The notes below the pieces were generated by a model, which ran no database searches, was not told the origin of the DNA, and saw nothing but the letters and a program-made list of their open reading frames with translations. 64,000 nt of DNA from a bacterium (GTDB taxonomy: Bacteria; Ratteibacteria; UBA8468; B48-G9; DTJG01): positions 15,170-79,169 of the forward strand of contig JAKPDB010000107.1 in assembly GCA_029552985.1 (NCBI GenBank). The letters are read 5' to 3'. Made by a program: the position numbers and the translations under genes. The first letter of the stretch is position 1; each line of letters opens with the position of its first letter. This document shows, piece after piece, positions 39,387 to 49,481 of the stretch.

Positions 39387-39805
39387 AAAAGACATTTCGG
39401 AGTGCAAGAATCGCTGCTTTAAAGGCCTGTTATCAACTTGATATTCAAAATTCAATGGTTGAGGAAAAGATTGACGATGTGTTGAAAGAAGAAGAAACAA
39501 ACAAACAAATTTATCGGTTTTCCAGGGCCCTTGTCACCGGAGTGATAAAAAATTTACAATTCATCGATGGATTGCTCGCGAAATATTGCAGAAACTGGGA
39601 TATTTCAAGGTTGAGCTATATTGATCGTAATATCTTAAGAATTGCTATTTACGAAATGGCTTTTGTTCCTGAAACCCCTGACATTGTGGCGATCAATGAG
39701 GCGATTGAAATTTCTAAAATTTATAGCTCTTTAGATGCCGGCAAATTCATCAACGGAGTCCTTGATAGCATAAGGAAGGAACTTGTTTCTATCAGAACCC
39801 GATAA
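39383..39805 (+). CDS. nusB: transcription antitermination factor NusB
   Basis: RSARIAALKACYQ N-terminus; follows rib genes. Confidence 0.85.
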   Translation: MKKTFRSARIAALKACYQLDIQNSMVEEKIDDVLKEEETNKQIYRFSRALVTGVIKNLQFIDGLLAKYCRNWDISRLSYIDRNILRIAIYEMAFVPETPDIVAINEAIEISKIYSSLDAGKFINGVLDSIRKELVSIRTR

Positions 39806-39825
39806 AGTGCTGGTTGATACAAAAA

Positions 39826-40770
39826 ATGAAGCGATTGGTAAGCATTTTCATTAAAGTATTCGTAAGCGGGTTTTTTATATTCCTTATTACCAAGAAGATT
39901 GATATCCCGCAGATGATTGAAATTTTGCAAAATGTAGATGTTCCATTTTTCATAGTCATCATTCTGATTAATTACGTGGTGACTTTTTTTATGGCTCTCA
40001 GATGGTACTTTATTCTGGACGAATTCAGAAAAAAAATGCCATTTGCTAAAGTGTGGCAATTGTCTCTTATTGGAATGTATTTTAATATCATTTTACCGAC
40101 TGGAGCAGGCGGAGATGCCGTCAAAATTTTTTATATTACCAGAAATCAGGAGGAAAAATTGAAACTTGGTACATCTGTAATTTTTGATCGATTTATTGGT
40201 TCGTCATCTATCATTTTTATGGCTATACTCAGTTTATTATATTATCAGGGACACTTGCCTCAAAAATTGAAAATTACCCTTGTATTTCTTTTCATTCTTG
40301 CGCTGTCTGTCTGGCTTTTGATCGTCTGGGATAAACTTGCCATTTTGACGGGGAAACTTTTTCCTCGTAGAATCAGAGAAAAGTTAAGGGCATTCTATAA
40401 TCATCTCAGGGATTATGGGATTAATCGAAGGGTTTTTACCAATGCCTTTCTGGCAAGCATGGCTGTTCAGGTGATTTCGATTTATGTTCAGTATTTATGT
40501 GTAATACTCATTTCTCATGCGGATAAAGCATTTGTTCCTTTCCCTTTGTTTTTTATATTCATTCCCATTATATGGCTTTCAGCAATGATTCCTTCCCTCG
40601 GCGGGCTTGGAATAAGGGAATATGGTTATCTTTTTTTCTTTAAACCTTTTATCGGTCAGGAAGCAGCAATTGCAATGGCACTGATTAATCTGTTTTTAAT
40701 TTTTTCCCAGGCATTTCTCGGGGGATTGATTTTTTTATTTCTTCGTCAAGGTCTTCGAGACCGCAAATAA
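39826..40770 (+). CDS. flippase-like / lysylphosphatidylglycerol-synthase TM-region (UPF0104) membrane protein
   Basis: Polytopic membrane protein with a GGDAVK motif in the first loop. Confidence 0.5.
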   Translation: MKRLVSIFIKVFVSGFFIFLITKKIDIPQMIEILQNVDVPFFIVIILINYVVTFFMALRWYFILDEFRKKMPFAKVWQLSLIGMYFNIILPTGAGGDAVKIFYITRNQEEKLKLGTSVIFDRFIGSSSIIFMAILSLLYYQGHLPQKLKITLVFLFILALSVWLLIVWDKLAILTGKLFPRRIREKLRAFYNHLRDYGINRRVFTNAFLASMAVQVISIYVQYLCVILISHADKAFVPFPLFFIFIPIIWLSAMIPSLGGLGIREYGYLFFFKPFIGQEAAIAMALINLFLIFSQAFLGGLIFLFLRQGLRDRK

Positions 40771-41703
40771 ATGTGTTTTTCAGCAATTGTATTACCTCGT
40801 CAGGACTTGGAAAATCTGTAAAAGCCCTTGCTGCCTTTGCTGTTGCGGATGCAACTGCAAACCTTAACGATTCTTTGAAATTGCCTGTTTGAGAAAAAGA
40901 CAAAACGAATCCAGCAAGAAGGACATCACCACACCCGACAGAACCAGGATTATTAACGACTGGACCGTTTGCATAAAAAAAGCCATCCTTTGAGAATCCA
41001 ATAGCTCCTTTGTCTCCCATTGTGACGATAATAAATGGAATCCCTGATTTTAGCAGTTTTTCCCCTGTCTGACATAGATGTTCAAAATTGAGAATCCGTT
41101 CCGACATAAGTCTTTCAAGTTCCCAGATATTGGGCTTTATTAAATCAGGTTTTTCGCCAACGCCATAACGAAGAAATTTTCCATCTGTATCAAGGCCAAT
41201 CAACGTATTTTTTCCTCTTCGGCGGATTTCTTTTATTAATCTGGCGTATAAATCTTCAGGCATTCCAGGAGGTAAACTACCAGAAATGAGAATCCATTTT
41301 GCAGGATTAAAATCAATACTGAATATAAATTTAAGTATTTCCTTCAGGGACTGTTTGTTTATGGTAGGACCAGGTTCATTGAATCGTAAGACTGTACCGT
41401 TTTCAAAAAAAAATTGTAATTTTCTCTGGTTTCTCCCTCTATATCAATTATGAAATCAGTGGAAATGCCTGATTTTTTTAAAAGATTTTTGAAACGGGTT
41501 CCGTTAAAACCGCCTGCAATGCCAACTGATTGTACATCTACATTAAACTTGCTCAGAAATTTTGCAATATTAATCGCCTTACCGCCCGCAGATACAATCT
41601 TTTTGCTGATTCGGATAATATCGTCTGTTTTGAATTCTTTGGCAAAACAGTTAACGTCCAGACACGGATTCAAGCCAATTGTAATAAAACTATTTTGCGG
41701 CAT
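40685..41703 (-). pseudogene. PfkB-family sugar kinase (1-phosphofructokinase / tagatose-6-P kinase / KDG-IolC-like), frame disrupted at a T9 homopolymer
   Basis: The N-terminal ORF (41703-41359) and C-terminal ORF (41263-40685) are both PfkB-like. Reading through the 9-nt A/T run at 41405-41413 with one extra base gives a continuous ...NYNFFFENGTVLRFNEPGPTINKQSLKEILKF...ISGSLPPGMPEDLY PfkB sequence. Confidence 0.7.
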
Positions 41704-41711
41704 GGAACTTT

Positions 41712-41879
41712 CTATGCTGATTGAGTTCGATATTTTTTGATTTTTTTGCGACGTCTCAACTGGCTGGGTTTTTCATAGAACTCTCGTTTCTTGATTTCTC
41801 TGATAATGCCTTCCTTTTCAACCTCGCGTTTGAATTGTTTGAAAATTTTTTCAAAGTGTTCGTGGTGTTGTTTTTCCAC
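41712..41879 (-). CDS. rpsU: 30S ribosomal protein S21 (GTG start; absent from the ORF track)
   Basis: Translation ...[43 protein letters not shown] carries the S21 hallmark R(R/K)EFYEKPS. GGGAGGGGG lies upstream. Confidence 0.7.
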   Translation of the reverse strand: MEKQHHEHFEKIFKQFKREVEKEGIIREIKKREFYEKPSQLRRRKKIKKYRTQSA

Positions 41880-41900
41880 AGAGATACAGTCACCCCCTCC

Positions 41901-42065
41901 CTAATACCTGTCTATTTCAAACAGGCGGGCACCGCAATGCCTGCATTTCTTTTCGTCAGGATAATATCCATCAACGATGAAACAAACCCTGCAGCGGATG
42001 TTAATTCTTTCCAGCGGTGGTCGTATTGTTTTTACTTCTGGTTTTGATTTTTCCTTTTCACTCAT
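41901..42065 (-). CDS. small zinc-ribbon protein (54 aa, CxxC...CxxC)
   Basis: MSEKEKSKPEVKTIRPPLERINIRCRVCFIVDGYYPDEKKCRHCGARLFEIDRY, immediately upstream of rpsU. Below the ORF-track size cutoff. Confidence 0.35.
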   Translation of the reverse strand: MSEKEKSKPEVKTIRPPLERINIRCRVCFIVDGYYPDEKKCRHCGARLFEIDRY

Positions 42066-42075
42066 TTGTTATCCT

Positions 42076-42894
42076 TTAAAGCTTAATTATAATATTTTCA
42101 AAAAGATCTGTCAAGAAAGGCTCTGCTGCTGCAGCTGTCGCCAGAATTTCCTCGAATGTTGTCACCTTTAGAGCATCAGGCAGACACATATCGCTAATTA
42201 CAGATGCTCCAAAAACTTTTAAACCTGCATGCACTGCAGCAATAACCTCAATAACCGTGGACATACAAACCATATCAGCGCCGATCGCTCTTAAAAATCT
42301 GTATTCTGCTCTTGTTTCAAGATTTGGCCCGGTTAATCCTACGATGACTCCCTTTTTGACTGGAATTTTTTTCTCAAGGGCAATGTTTTCGGCAAGCTCA
42401 ATGATTCCAGCATCATACACATTTGACATATCAGGGAACCTTACCCCGATTTCTTCATAATTGGGTCCTATTAACGGATTATGTCCGGTAAGATTAATAT
42501 GGTCAGTGATAATTACAATGTTTCCAGGTTTAAACATAGGGTTCAAACCGCCCGCAGCATTAGATTCAAGAAGAATTTTCACTCCAAGAAATTTTAGAAC
42601 TCTGATGGGAAGAGCAATTTCCTGTGCGGTATAGCCCTCATAAAGGTGAAACCTACCTTGGAACGCAACGATGCTTTTATCTCCAATTGTTCCAAAAATG
42701 AGGTTGCCTGCATGACCTTCGACTGTAGAAACAGGAAAATTGGGAATAGAATCATAAGAAACAACTTTCTCAATATTGATTCTATCTGTAAATTTACCAA
42801 GCCCTGTTCCAAGAATAATTCCTATTTCTGGTTTTGTCCTAGTAATTGTTTTCAGAAATGCAGCTGTTTCTTTAATTCTGGATAGTTCATCCAT
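42076..42894 (-). CDS. purine nucleoside phosphorylase (PNP/MTAP family)
   Basis: GIILGTGLG, HAGNLIFG and ESNAAGGLNP motifs. Confidence 0.8.
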   Translation of the reverse strand: MDELSRIKETAAFLKTITRTKPEIGIILGTGLGKFTDRINIEKVVSYDSIPNFPVSTVEGHAGNLIFGTIGDKSIVAFQGRFHLYEGYTAQEIALPIRVLKFLGVKILLESNAAGGLNPMFKPGNIVIITDHINLTGHNPLIGPNYEEIGVRFPDMSNVYDAGIIELAENIALEKKIPVKKGVIVGLTGPNLETRAEYRFLRAIGADMVCMSTVIEVIAAVHAGLKVFGASVISDMCLPDALKVTTFEEILATAAAAEPFLTDLFENIIIKL

Positions 42895-42917
42895 ATTTCC
42901 TCCTGATATTGGTTGTA

Positions 42918-43730
42918 TTATTTTGATAGTTCAATTGCTCTTTTTTCGGCTGCTTCAAAAGCCTCTTCCAAAATTTTATCCAGATGATTTTCCATCAGTT
43001 TAGTAATTCCTGCCACGGTTGTTCCTGCTGGAGAACACACCCGTTCCTTTAAAGTCGATGGTTTTTCTTTAGATCTCGAAAGCATCGTTCCTGTCCCTTC
43101 AAAAAGCATGGCAACAACCTTTCTTGAAATGTCTTCAGAAAAGTTTTTCTTTATCAGAAATTCGTATATCAGTTCAGCAATATAAAAGAGAAAACCGGGT
43201 CCGCTACCAGTAACTGCCGTTACAAGAAACATTTCGTTTTCCCTAACATGAAAACAAAATGAAATTTTGGAAAATGTTTCGATGACTTCTCTGACAATGA
43301 AATCAGGTACATTTTCAAAACAATAGCCAATAATTCCTTTACCATATTCAACTGCAAGATTTGGCATCATTCTAAAAATGGATATTTTTTTCCCAAGATT
43401 TTTGTACAGTGACTCTATTGTTATGCCGGCAGCAACGCTTATGACAACCGAAGAATTATCAAGAAAACAAGATATATTATGGCACAATTCAGAAATATCT
43501 TTTGGTTTAACAGCAAGTATAATAAAGCGTGATTCTTTTACAAGGTCAATAGGTGGCAAAATCTGAATATTCAGTTGTTCCTTACATCTGTTTGTCTTTG
43601 ATGGATCTATATCATGAGCGCAGATAGAAGTAGCAGGAATATTTCCATATTTTAACAGTCCATTGATGAACGCATAACCGATATTGCCGCATCCAATGAT
43701 TCCAAAAGTATATTTCCTATTGTACATCAA
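42918..43730 (-). CDS. proC: pyrroline-5-carboxylate reductase
   Basis: FGIIGCGNIG N-terminus and a ProC C-terminal dimerisation domain. Confidence 0.9.
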   Translation of the reverse strand: MMYNRKYTFGIIGCGNIGYAFINGLLKYGNIPATSICAHDIDPSKTNRCKEQLNIQILPPIDLVKESRFIILAVKPKDISELCHNISCFLDNSSVVISVAAGITIESLYKNLGKKISIFRMMPNLAVEYGKGIIGYCFENVPDFIVREVIETFSKISFCFHVRENEMFLVTAVTGSGPGFLFYIAELIYEFLIKKNFSEDISRKVVAMLFEGTGTMLSRSKEKPSTLKERVCSPAGTTVAGITKLMENHLDKILEEAFEAAEKRAIELSK

Positions 43731-44467
43731 CCTGCTTCCTCTCCCTCCACTTCACCCACTTTAATCTGTAGGTTTTCTCTGTCTTCTATTCTTTCAATCA
43801 TACCATCTCTAATCCATATGATTCTATCTGACACATCAAGCATTTTTAGATCATGCGTTGCCGTGATAATACTGACTTCCTTATTTTTATTCATTTCCTT
43901 CAGAAGGTGAATAATTTCCTTGCCCGTTTTCAGGTCAAGGTTTCCTGTTGGTTCATCAGCAAGAATAATCGCTGGATCATTTGCAAGTGCCCTTGCAATT
44001 GCCACGCGTTGCTGTTGTCCACCTGACAATTCAAATGGTTTATGATGCAATCGTTCACCAAGACCGACTGTTTCAAGTAATTCCTTTGCTTTGTTCATTG
44101 CTTCATCATTTTCCATCCCACCAAAAATCATAGGAAGCATAACATTTTCGAGAGCTGTCATAACCGGTATCAGATTAAATGTTTGAAAAATGTAACCAAT
44201 TTTTCTGCATCTTAACCATGCCAGTTCGTATGCATCAAGCTGTGCAATATCAACCTCATCAATATAAACCTTTCCTTCTGTTGGTTTGTCAAGACCACCT
44301 ATCATGTTGAACAATGTTGTTTTTCCACTTCCAGAAGGTCCCATAATTGAAATGTATTCTCCCCTATAAATTTCAATGTCAATACCTTTCAAAACATGGA
44401 GCGGAATTTTTCCAAGTAAAAATGTTTTCTTCAATCCTATCGTTCTTACAATTGCTTCTTTTGGCAT
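43727..44467 (-). CDS. ABC transporter ATP-binding protein (LolD/MacB-type)
   Basis: Walker [10 protein letters not shown], signature [15 protein letters not shown] and Walker [12 protein letters not shown]. Start taken at MPKEAIV. Confidence 0.8.
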   Translation of the reverse strand: MPKEAIVRTIGLKKTFLLGKIPLHVLKGIDIEIYRGEYISIMGPSGSGKTTLFNMIGGLDKPTEGKVYIDEVDIAQLDAYELAWLRCRKIGYIFQTFNLIPVMTALENVMLPMIFGGMENDEAMNKAKELLETVGLGERLHHKPFELSGGQQQRVAIARALANDPAIILADEPTGNLDLKTGKEIIHLLKEMNKNKEVSIITATHDLKMLDVSDRIIWIRDGMIERIEDRENLQIKVGEVEGEEAG

Positions 44468-44480
44468 AGTGTTCTCCTTT

Positions 44481-45134
44481 TTAAACCTCCCTGCGAATTG
44501 CTTCGGCTGGTTCCATTTTTGCCGAAACATAGGCAGGGTAAATGGCTCCAATGACAGATATAGCGATTCCCAGAATTATACTGAAAGCAGAATATTTTAG
44601 TAATAAACCTGCAGGAAAGATACTCCATATCAGTCCTTTATACCTTAAAAGATAAATGATGAATGTGGCAGTACCACCAAATATCACTCCTATTATTGAA
44701 CCTGCCAACCCCTGCATTGATGATTCAAGAAGAAAAAGTTCAACGACAAATTTATCAAGGGCGCCGAGGCACTTCATTGTTCCAATTTCTCTTGACCTTT
44801 CAGTCACAGCCATCAGCATTGCATTAACAATTCCAACGACGCAGACAAGCAGTGAAAGTGAGACCAGCCACATTTGACGAGTTCTTATTTCTTCCAGATT
44901 TTGCTGGAGAGCGATTTTTATATTTTCCGGTCCTTTTTCCAGAATTCCAGTTACAAATGCATTACTGCTCAATATGGACATTAGAAACGCTATACCGAGC
45001 ACAATGGACATCGTCACTATGATAGACCTGCCAAATCTTATTCTTATGCTACGAATACTCATGTGAAACGCATGGCTGAGTGGCAATGTAAGCTGTCTCT
45101 GAATTTTTTTGGTTTCTGGTACCTCTGTTGCCAT
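44481..45134 (-). CDS. short FtsX-like ABC transporter permease (4 TM, minimal periplasmic loop)
   Basis: Four predicted TM helices and an FtsX-like C-terminal pattern. Cognate to the downstream ATPase. Confidence 0.55.
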   Translation of the reverse strand: MATEVPETKKIQRQLTLPLSHAFHMSIRSIRIRFGRSIIVTMSIVLGIAFLMSILSSNAFVTGILEKGPENIKIALQQNLEEIRTRQMWLVSLSLLVCVVGIVNAMLMAVTERSREIGTMKCLGALDKFVVELFLLESSMQGLAGSIIGVIFGGTATFIIYLLRYKGLIWSIFPAGLLLKYSAFSIILGIAISVIGAIYPAYVSAKMEPAEAIRREV

Positions 45135-45172
45135 TTTCTCTCCTTTTTGATTAAATTTTAACCTAATTTATT

Positions 45173-46081
45173 TTATTCGTAAAGAAAACACGAAACAAGG
45201 TGTCCATTTTCTTTATCTTTTAGCTCAGGAGATTGATGAAAACATTTTTCCATTCTGAATATGCATCTGTGAAGGAAGGGACATCCATAATTGTACTTCT
45301 GCTGTTGTCTGACGAATTTTTCAGATTCTGGATTCCAAAGCAATCGTGTGTATGGATGGAGTGGATTTTTTAATATCTGTTCAACTGAACCCTGTTCAAC
45401 GATGTGACCCCTGTACATCACCATAATCCTTTCACAAAATTCTGCTATAATCTTGAGGTTATGTGAAATGAACACATAGGTGAGCCCAAAACGCTTTTTT
45501 AATTCGTCAAGTAATGTCAAAATATATATCTCAGTCATTGCGTCAAGACTCCCTGTTGGTTCATCGGCAATGATACATTCCGGATTTCCTACCAGGGCTC
45601 TTGCAATCGCTACCCTCTGTCTTTCTCCTCCACTCAACTGATGAGGATATTTATCTTTATATTCAGGTGGCAGTCCAACATGTGAAAGTATGTCGTCAAC
45701 TGTTTCTGATGTTTTTGTTTCAGTCAGCATAGCTTCCTTTATTACCCTTTCAACGGTTGACCGTGGATTTAAAGATTTGTATGGATTCTGAAAAATTATT
45801 CTTACGCGATTTCTGAAAAATCGGAGTTTCCTATCAGGCAATTTTGTTATTTCATTACCTCTATAATAAATAAGTCCTGAATCAGGTCTGACCAGTAATG
45901 TCAATGTTTTTGCCAGAGTTGTTTTTCCTGATCCTGATTCTCCAACGATACCAGTGTTCACACCCTGATTTATACTGAGAGAAATATTATTGATAGCTGT
46001 GAGCTTTCTCTTGCTGATACCAAGAGGGTCCTTGATCATAAAATTCTTACTAATTTTTTCACACCTGAGAATTTCTTCCAT
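45173..46081 (-). CDS. Opp/Dpp/Nik-type ABC transporter ATP-binding protein (OppF-like) with Cys-rich C-terminal extension
   Basis: Walker [25 protein letters not shown], and a C-terminal C..C...C motif. Confidence 0.8.
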   Translation of the reverse strand: MEEILRCEKISKNFMIKDPLGISKRKLTAINNISLSINQGVNTGIVGESGSGKTTLAKTLTLLVRPDSGLIYYRGNEITKLPDRKLRFFRNRVRIIFQNPYKSLNPRSTVERVIKEAMLTETKTSETVDDILSHVGLPPEYKDKYPHQLSGGERQRVAIARALVGNPECIIADEPTGSLDAMTEIYILTLLDELKKRFGLTYVFISHNLKIIAEFCERIMVMYRGHIVEQGSVEQILKNPLHPYTRLLWNPESEKFVRQQQKYNYGCPFLHRCIFRMEKCFHQSPELKDKENGHLVSCFLYE

Positions 46082-46982
46082 GTTTTATACACCTAATTCC
46101 CGTCATATCTTGATACCACGTAAAAGCAATTTGTTTTTCACATTCACTATCTCTTTCAGGACATTTTTCAAAAAACGGGCATATATCAGATTGCCAGGAT
46201 AACGTTGCTTCAGATATCCTAGAATATTTGTATTCAGTACCCATTAAAATACTGGAATACGGATGAGCTGGCCTGGTTTTACCTGGAATAAAAATTTCCA
46301 CGATGTATCCATTGTACATGATTCCTGTACGGGTTCCGATTTTTGTGGCAAGTTTCAGGTCATGGGTGATAAAAAGCATACCTGGATGATACTTTTTGCG
46401 TATGGTGTCTAACAGATTAATAATTTGATAAGTTGTTAAAATGTCAAGAGCAGTTGTTGGCTCATCAGCTATTACCAGTGACGGTTTATTGATCAGTGCC
46501 ATTGCAATCATCACTCTTTGTTGCTGGCCTCCGCTCAGCTGGTGTGGGTAACTATGTAACATATAAGGTTCAAGACCGACCTCTTTCAACGCAGATGTCA
46601 TCAAAACTTGTTGTTGTTTTGTGTCTCCATGAAACGCTTCTTTCATATGCACTCCAATTGTAAAGAGTGGATCGAGATATGCACCTGGATCCTGAAAAAT
46701 AATACTCATTTCTCTACCCCTCATGCTTCTTATTGATTGTTCATCCATCGCCAGAATGTTTTTCCCATTGACGAAAATTTCGCCTGACTTTACTGTGAAA
46801 CTTTTGGGAAGAAGTTTCATTATAGAAAGTGCAAGGCTTGTTTTGCCACAACCGGATTCACCGACAAGACAGAATAACTCATCTTTTTCAATAGAGAAAT
46901 TGATATCGTTCAATACTGGTACAAATTTTTCTTTTTGTTTTCTGATAACCGATAGATTTTTGATTTCAAGAATTTTTTCCAT
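46059..46982 (-). CDS. Opp/Dpp/Nik-type ABC transporter ATP-binding protein (OppD-like)
   Basis: Walker [25 protein letters not shown], and a C-terminal Cys-rich tail. Confidence 0.8.
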   Translation of the reverse strand: MEKILEIKNLSVIRKQKEKFVPVLNDINFSIEKDELFCLVGESGCGKTSLALSIMKLLPKSFTVKSGEIFVNGKNILAMDEQSIRSMRGREMSIIFQDPGAYLDPLFTIGVHMKEAFHGDTKQQQVLMTSALKEVGLEPYMLHSYPHQLSGGQQQRVMIAMALINKPSLVIADEPTTALDILTTYQIINLLDTIRKKYHPGMLFITHDLKLATKIGTRTGIMYNGYIVEIFIPGKTRPAHPYSSILMGTEYKYSRISEATLSWQSDICPFFEKCPERDSECEKQIAFTWYQDMTGIRCIKHGRNSQV

Positions 46983-46984
46983 GT

Positions 46985-48043
46985 TTACCAGTTTTTTGGG
47001 TCAAGGACATTTCTGAGCGCATCCCCGAGAAGATTGAAATTAATCAACACAGCAAATATAAATACTCCAGCAAGTAAAAGCCACGGTGCATCTCCGACAA
47101 CTTTCAGATTTCCGATTGTTGAAGATAGGATATTACCCCAGCTTGGATATGGTTCCTGTATCCCAAGGCCGAGAAGACTCAATGCGGCTTCACCAATAAT
47201 ATATCCAGGTACGCTGATGGTCAATGCGGTGATTGTGTAAGAAAACGTGTTTGGAAATATGTGAAAAAATAAAATCCTCCAGTGAGAAAGCCCGAGGGAT
47301 TTTGCAGCCAGTACATAGTCCTCTTCCTTAATAGAAAGTACCATGCCCCTGATAATTCTTGCAAGTCCCGCCCAGCCAATCAAACTGAGAATAAGTACGA
47401 TAAGAAAATACACCTGAATGCTTGAAAGATTGAGTGGAAACATTGCCCTGAGAGAAAGCATAAGATAAAAAGAAGGAAAGACCATAAGAATTTCCACAAA
47501 TCTCATGAGAATCTGGTCAATTAATCCACCGAAATAGCCTGCAATACCTCCTGTAATCATACCGAGTGTGAAGGAAATTAATACCCCGACTATGCTGATA
47601 GACAGAGAAATTCTTCCACCATACAACAATCTTGAGAATATATCTCTGCCATAGGTATCTGTTCCGAACAGGAAAATACCAGCTGGTTCATCAACACCAA
47701 AAAGATATTTGCTGGTTTTAAAAACAAAAAATATTTTCCTTTCAGGACCATTGACGATAAATTTTACAGGGTATCTGGTGGACTGATCCTCCCTGTATGT
47801 TCTGAAAACAGGGTCATCTATAATCATGTTGTAAACAAATGGTCTGATGTGAAAATGGCCGCTTTCATCAATAAAATGAATTTTTGTTGGTGGCTGATAT
47901 GGTTTATTTCTGAATTGATAATCAAAGTGATAGGGCGCAAGGATATCAGCAAAAAACGAGACAATATAAAAGAAAACAAGGAACCAGAAGCTGAAATACG
48001 CCAGTTTGCTGTGATTTCTTAATCTTTGGAAAAATCTTTTCAT
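46985..48043 (-). CDS. Opp/Dpp/Nik-type ABC transporter permease (OppC-like)
   Basis: BPD_transp_1 permease with an N-terminal extension typical of OppC/DppC. Confidence 0.8.
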   Translation of the reverse strand: MKRFFQRLRNHSKLAYFSFWFLVFFYIVSFFADILAPYHFDYQFRNKPYQPPTKIHFIDESGHFHIRPFVYNMIIDDPVFRTYREDQSTRYPVKFIVNGPERKIFFVFKTSKYLFGVDEPAGIFLFGTDTYGRDIFSRLLYGGRISLSISIVGVLISFTLGMITGGIAGYFGGLIDQILMRFVEILMVFPSFYLMLSLRAMFPLNLSSIQVYFLIVLILSLIGWAGLARIIRGMVLSIKEEDYVLAAKSLGLSHWRILFFHIFPNTFSYTITALTISVPGYIIGEAALSLLGLGIQEPYPSWGNILSSTIGNLKVVGDAPWLLLAGVFIFAVLINFNLLGDALRNVLDPKNW

Positions 48044-49005
48044 GTTAATCTGATTCTTGGGTCAAAAATGGTTAGCAAAATATCGCCGATAAGGTTTCCA
48101 ATAATTAAAAGAAAGCCACTGATCACAAGTGCGCCCATTACAAGATACAGGTCGTGCGAAAGCACTGCTTCAAGTATCAAACTTCCCATGCCTGGCCATC
48201 CACATATGATTTCTGTAAGCGCGGCACCATTAAGGATGCTTCCAATTTCCATTCCGAGAATTGTAAACATCGGATTTAGTGCATTTCTTAATGTATGTTT
48301 GAATATGATGGAACTTGCAGGAAGTCCTCTTGCCCAGGCAGCCAGTATATAAGGAGTATTAAATACTTCAACAAAATTATTTTTCATAAGTCGAAAAAGC
48401 CATCCAATGTTCACAAAACACAGTACCAATCCTGGTACAAGCAGGTGTTTCATGTAATCTTTAAAAATTAAGAAGGCGCTTGCGTTAACATCAAAAATAC
48501 TCCTTGTGCCTCCAAGAGGTAAAACACCTGTTTTGCTGATGAAATAGACAAACAGCAGGGCGACAAAAAAAGATGGCAGAGATATTGAAAGATATGCAAA
48601 TATGGACAGCATTCTGTCGATGTTTGTTCCTTCTTTATACCCCGCAAGAACTGCCAGTGGAACCGCTATTACCCAGCTGAGAAAAAGGGAAAAAATGGCC
48701 AGACATAATGTATTTTTGAGTCGAAACTTGATTAATGTTGTTACTGGAATGTGATACGCAAAGGAAATGCCGAAATCCATTCTGCACATATTTTTCAGCC
48801 AGAGTAAATATTGAACAAGGACCGGCTTGTCAAGTCCGAAGTTGATTTTCATCATTTCTATTGTTTCTGGAGATATTTCTGGATTCATTTTCATCTGCGC
48901 AAAATAATCTCCAGGGGAAGATTGTATGATCATGAAGGAAATAAAACTCATTCCTATTAACATCGGAATCAGTTGTAGCAATCTTTTCAGTATAAACGTT
49001 TTCAT
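48040..49005 (-). CDS. Opp/Dpp/Nik-type ABC transporter permease (OppB-like)
   Basis: OppB-like N-terminus MKTFILKRLLQLIPML and 6-TM permease architecture. Confidence 0.8.
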   Translation of the reverse strand: MKTFILKRLLQLIPMLIGMSFISFMIIQSSPGDYFAQMKMNPEISPETIEMMKINFGLDKPVLVQYLLWLKNMCRMDFGISFAYHIPVTTLIKFRLKNTLCLAIFSLFLSWVIAVPLAVLAGYKEGTNIDRMLSIFAYLSISLPSFFVALLFVYFISKTGVLPLGGTRSIFDVNASAFLIFKDYMKHLLVPGLVLCFVNIGWLFRLMKNNFVEVFNTPYILAAWARGLPASSIIFKHTLRNALNPMFTILGMEIGSILNGAALTEIICGWPGMGSLILEAVLSHDLYLVMGALVISGFLLIIGNLIGDILLTIFDPRIRLT

Positions 49006-49481
49006 GGAAATATGATAGTGATTTTTCTTCGTGTCAAACTGACAAAACTCATCATCACTTTCAATGAATTTTCCGGGATTTTTTCATAAGCAGATTCTGG
49101 CCATTCAATAAGCAACAAACCTTTCTCATATTCTTTGAATCCAAAGCTTTCAAGCTCGACAGGGCTTTTTATCCTGTAAAAATCGCAGTGAAACACTGGA
49201 AATTCTCCTTCTGTATATTCGCAAACTAGGGTGAACGACGGACTAGTAACATGGTTTTTCCCTGTCAGTTTTTTGATAATACCTCTGATTATTGTTGTCT
49301 TTCCTGAACCAAAAGGACCTGTAAAAATCGCACAACGAATACCATATTTTTTTATCATATGTGCAATTTTGAAACCCAGTTTTTCTGTTTCCTTCGCAGA
49401 GTTTGTTTCAAACACCAGGATCTTTTTTCTGTTATTCAAAGTGCCTGAATTTTTCTTTTGATATTTTGTTTGTGCTTCCAT
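49002..49481 (-). CDS. tsaE: tRNA threonylcarbamoyladenosine biosynthesis protein TsaE
   Basis: GPFGSGKTT P-loop and ...HCDFYR... motif; ~155 aa. Confidence 0.75.
   Translation of the reverse strand: MEAQTKYQKKNSGTLNNRKKILVFETNSAKETEKLGFKIAHMIKKYGIRCAIFTGPFGSGKTTIIRGIIKKLTGKNHVTSPSFTLVCEYTEGEFPVFHCDFYRIKSPVELESFGFKEYEKGLLLIEWPESAYEKIPENSLKVMMSFVSLTRRKITIIFP

Noticed and set aside
41721-42047. 108-aa + strand ORF ([13 protein letters not shown]...)
   Set aside because: Phe/Leu-rich low-complexity translation antisense to the rpsU and Zn-ribbon ORFs, which have conserved protein signatures. Likely spurious.
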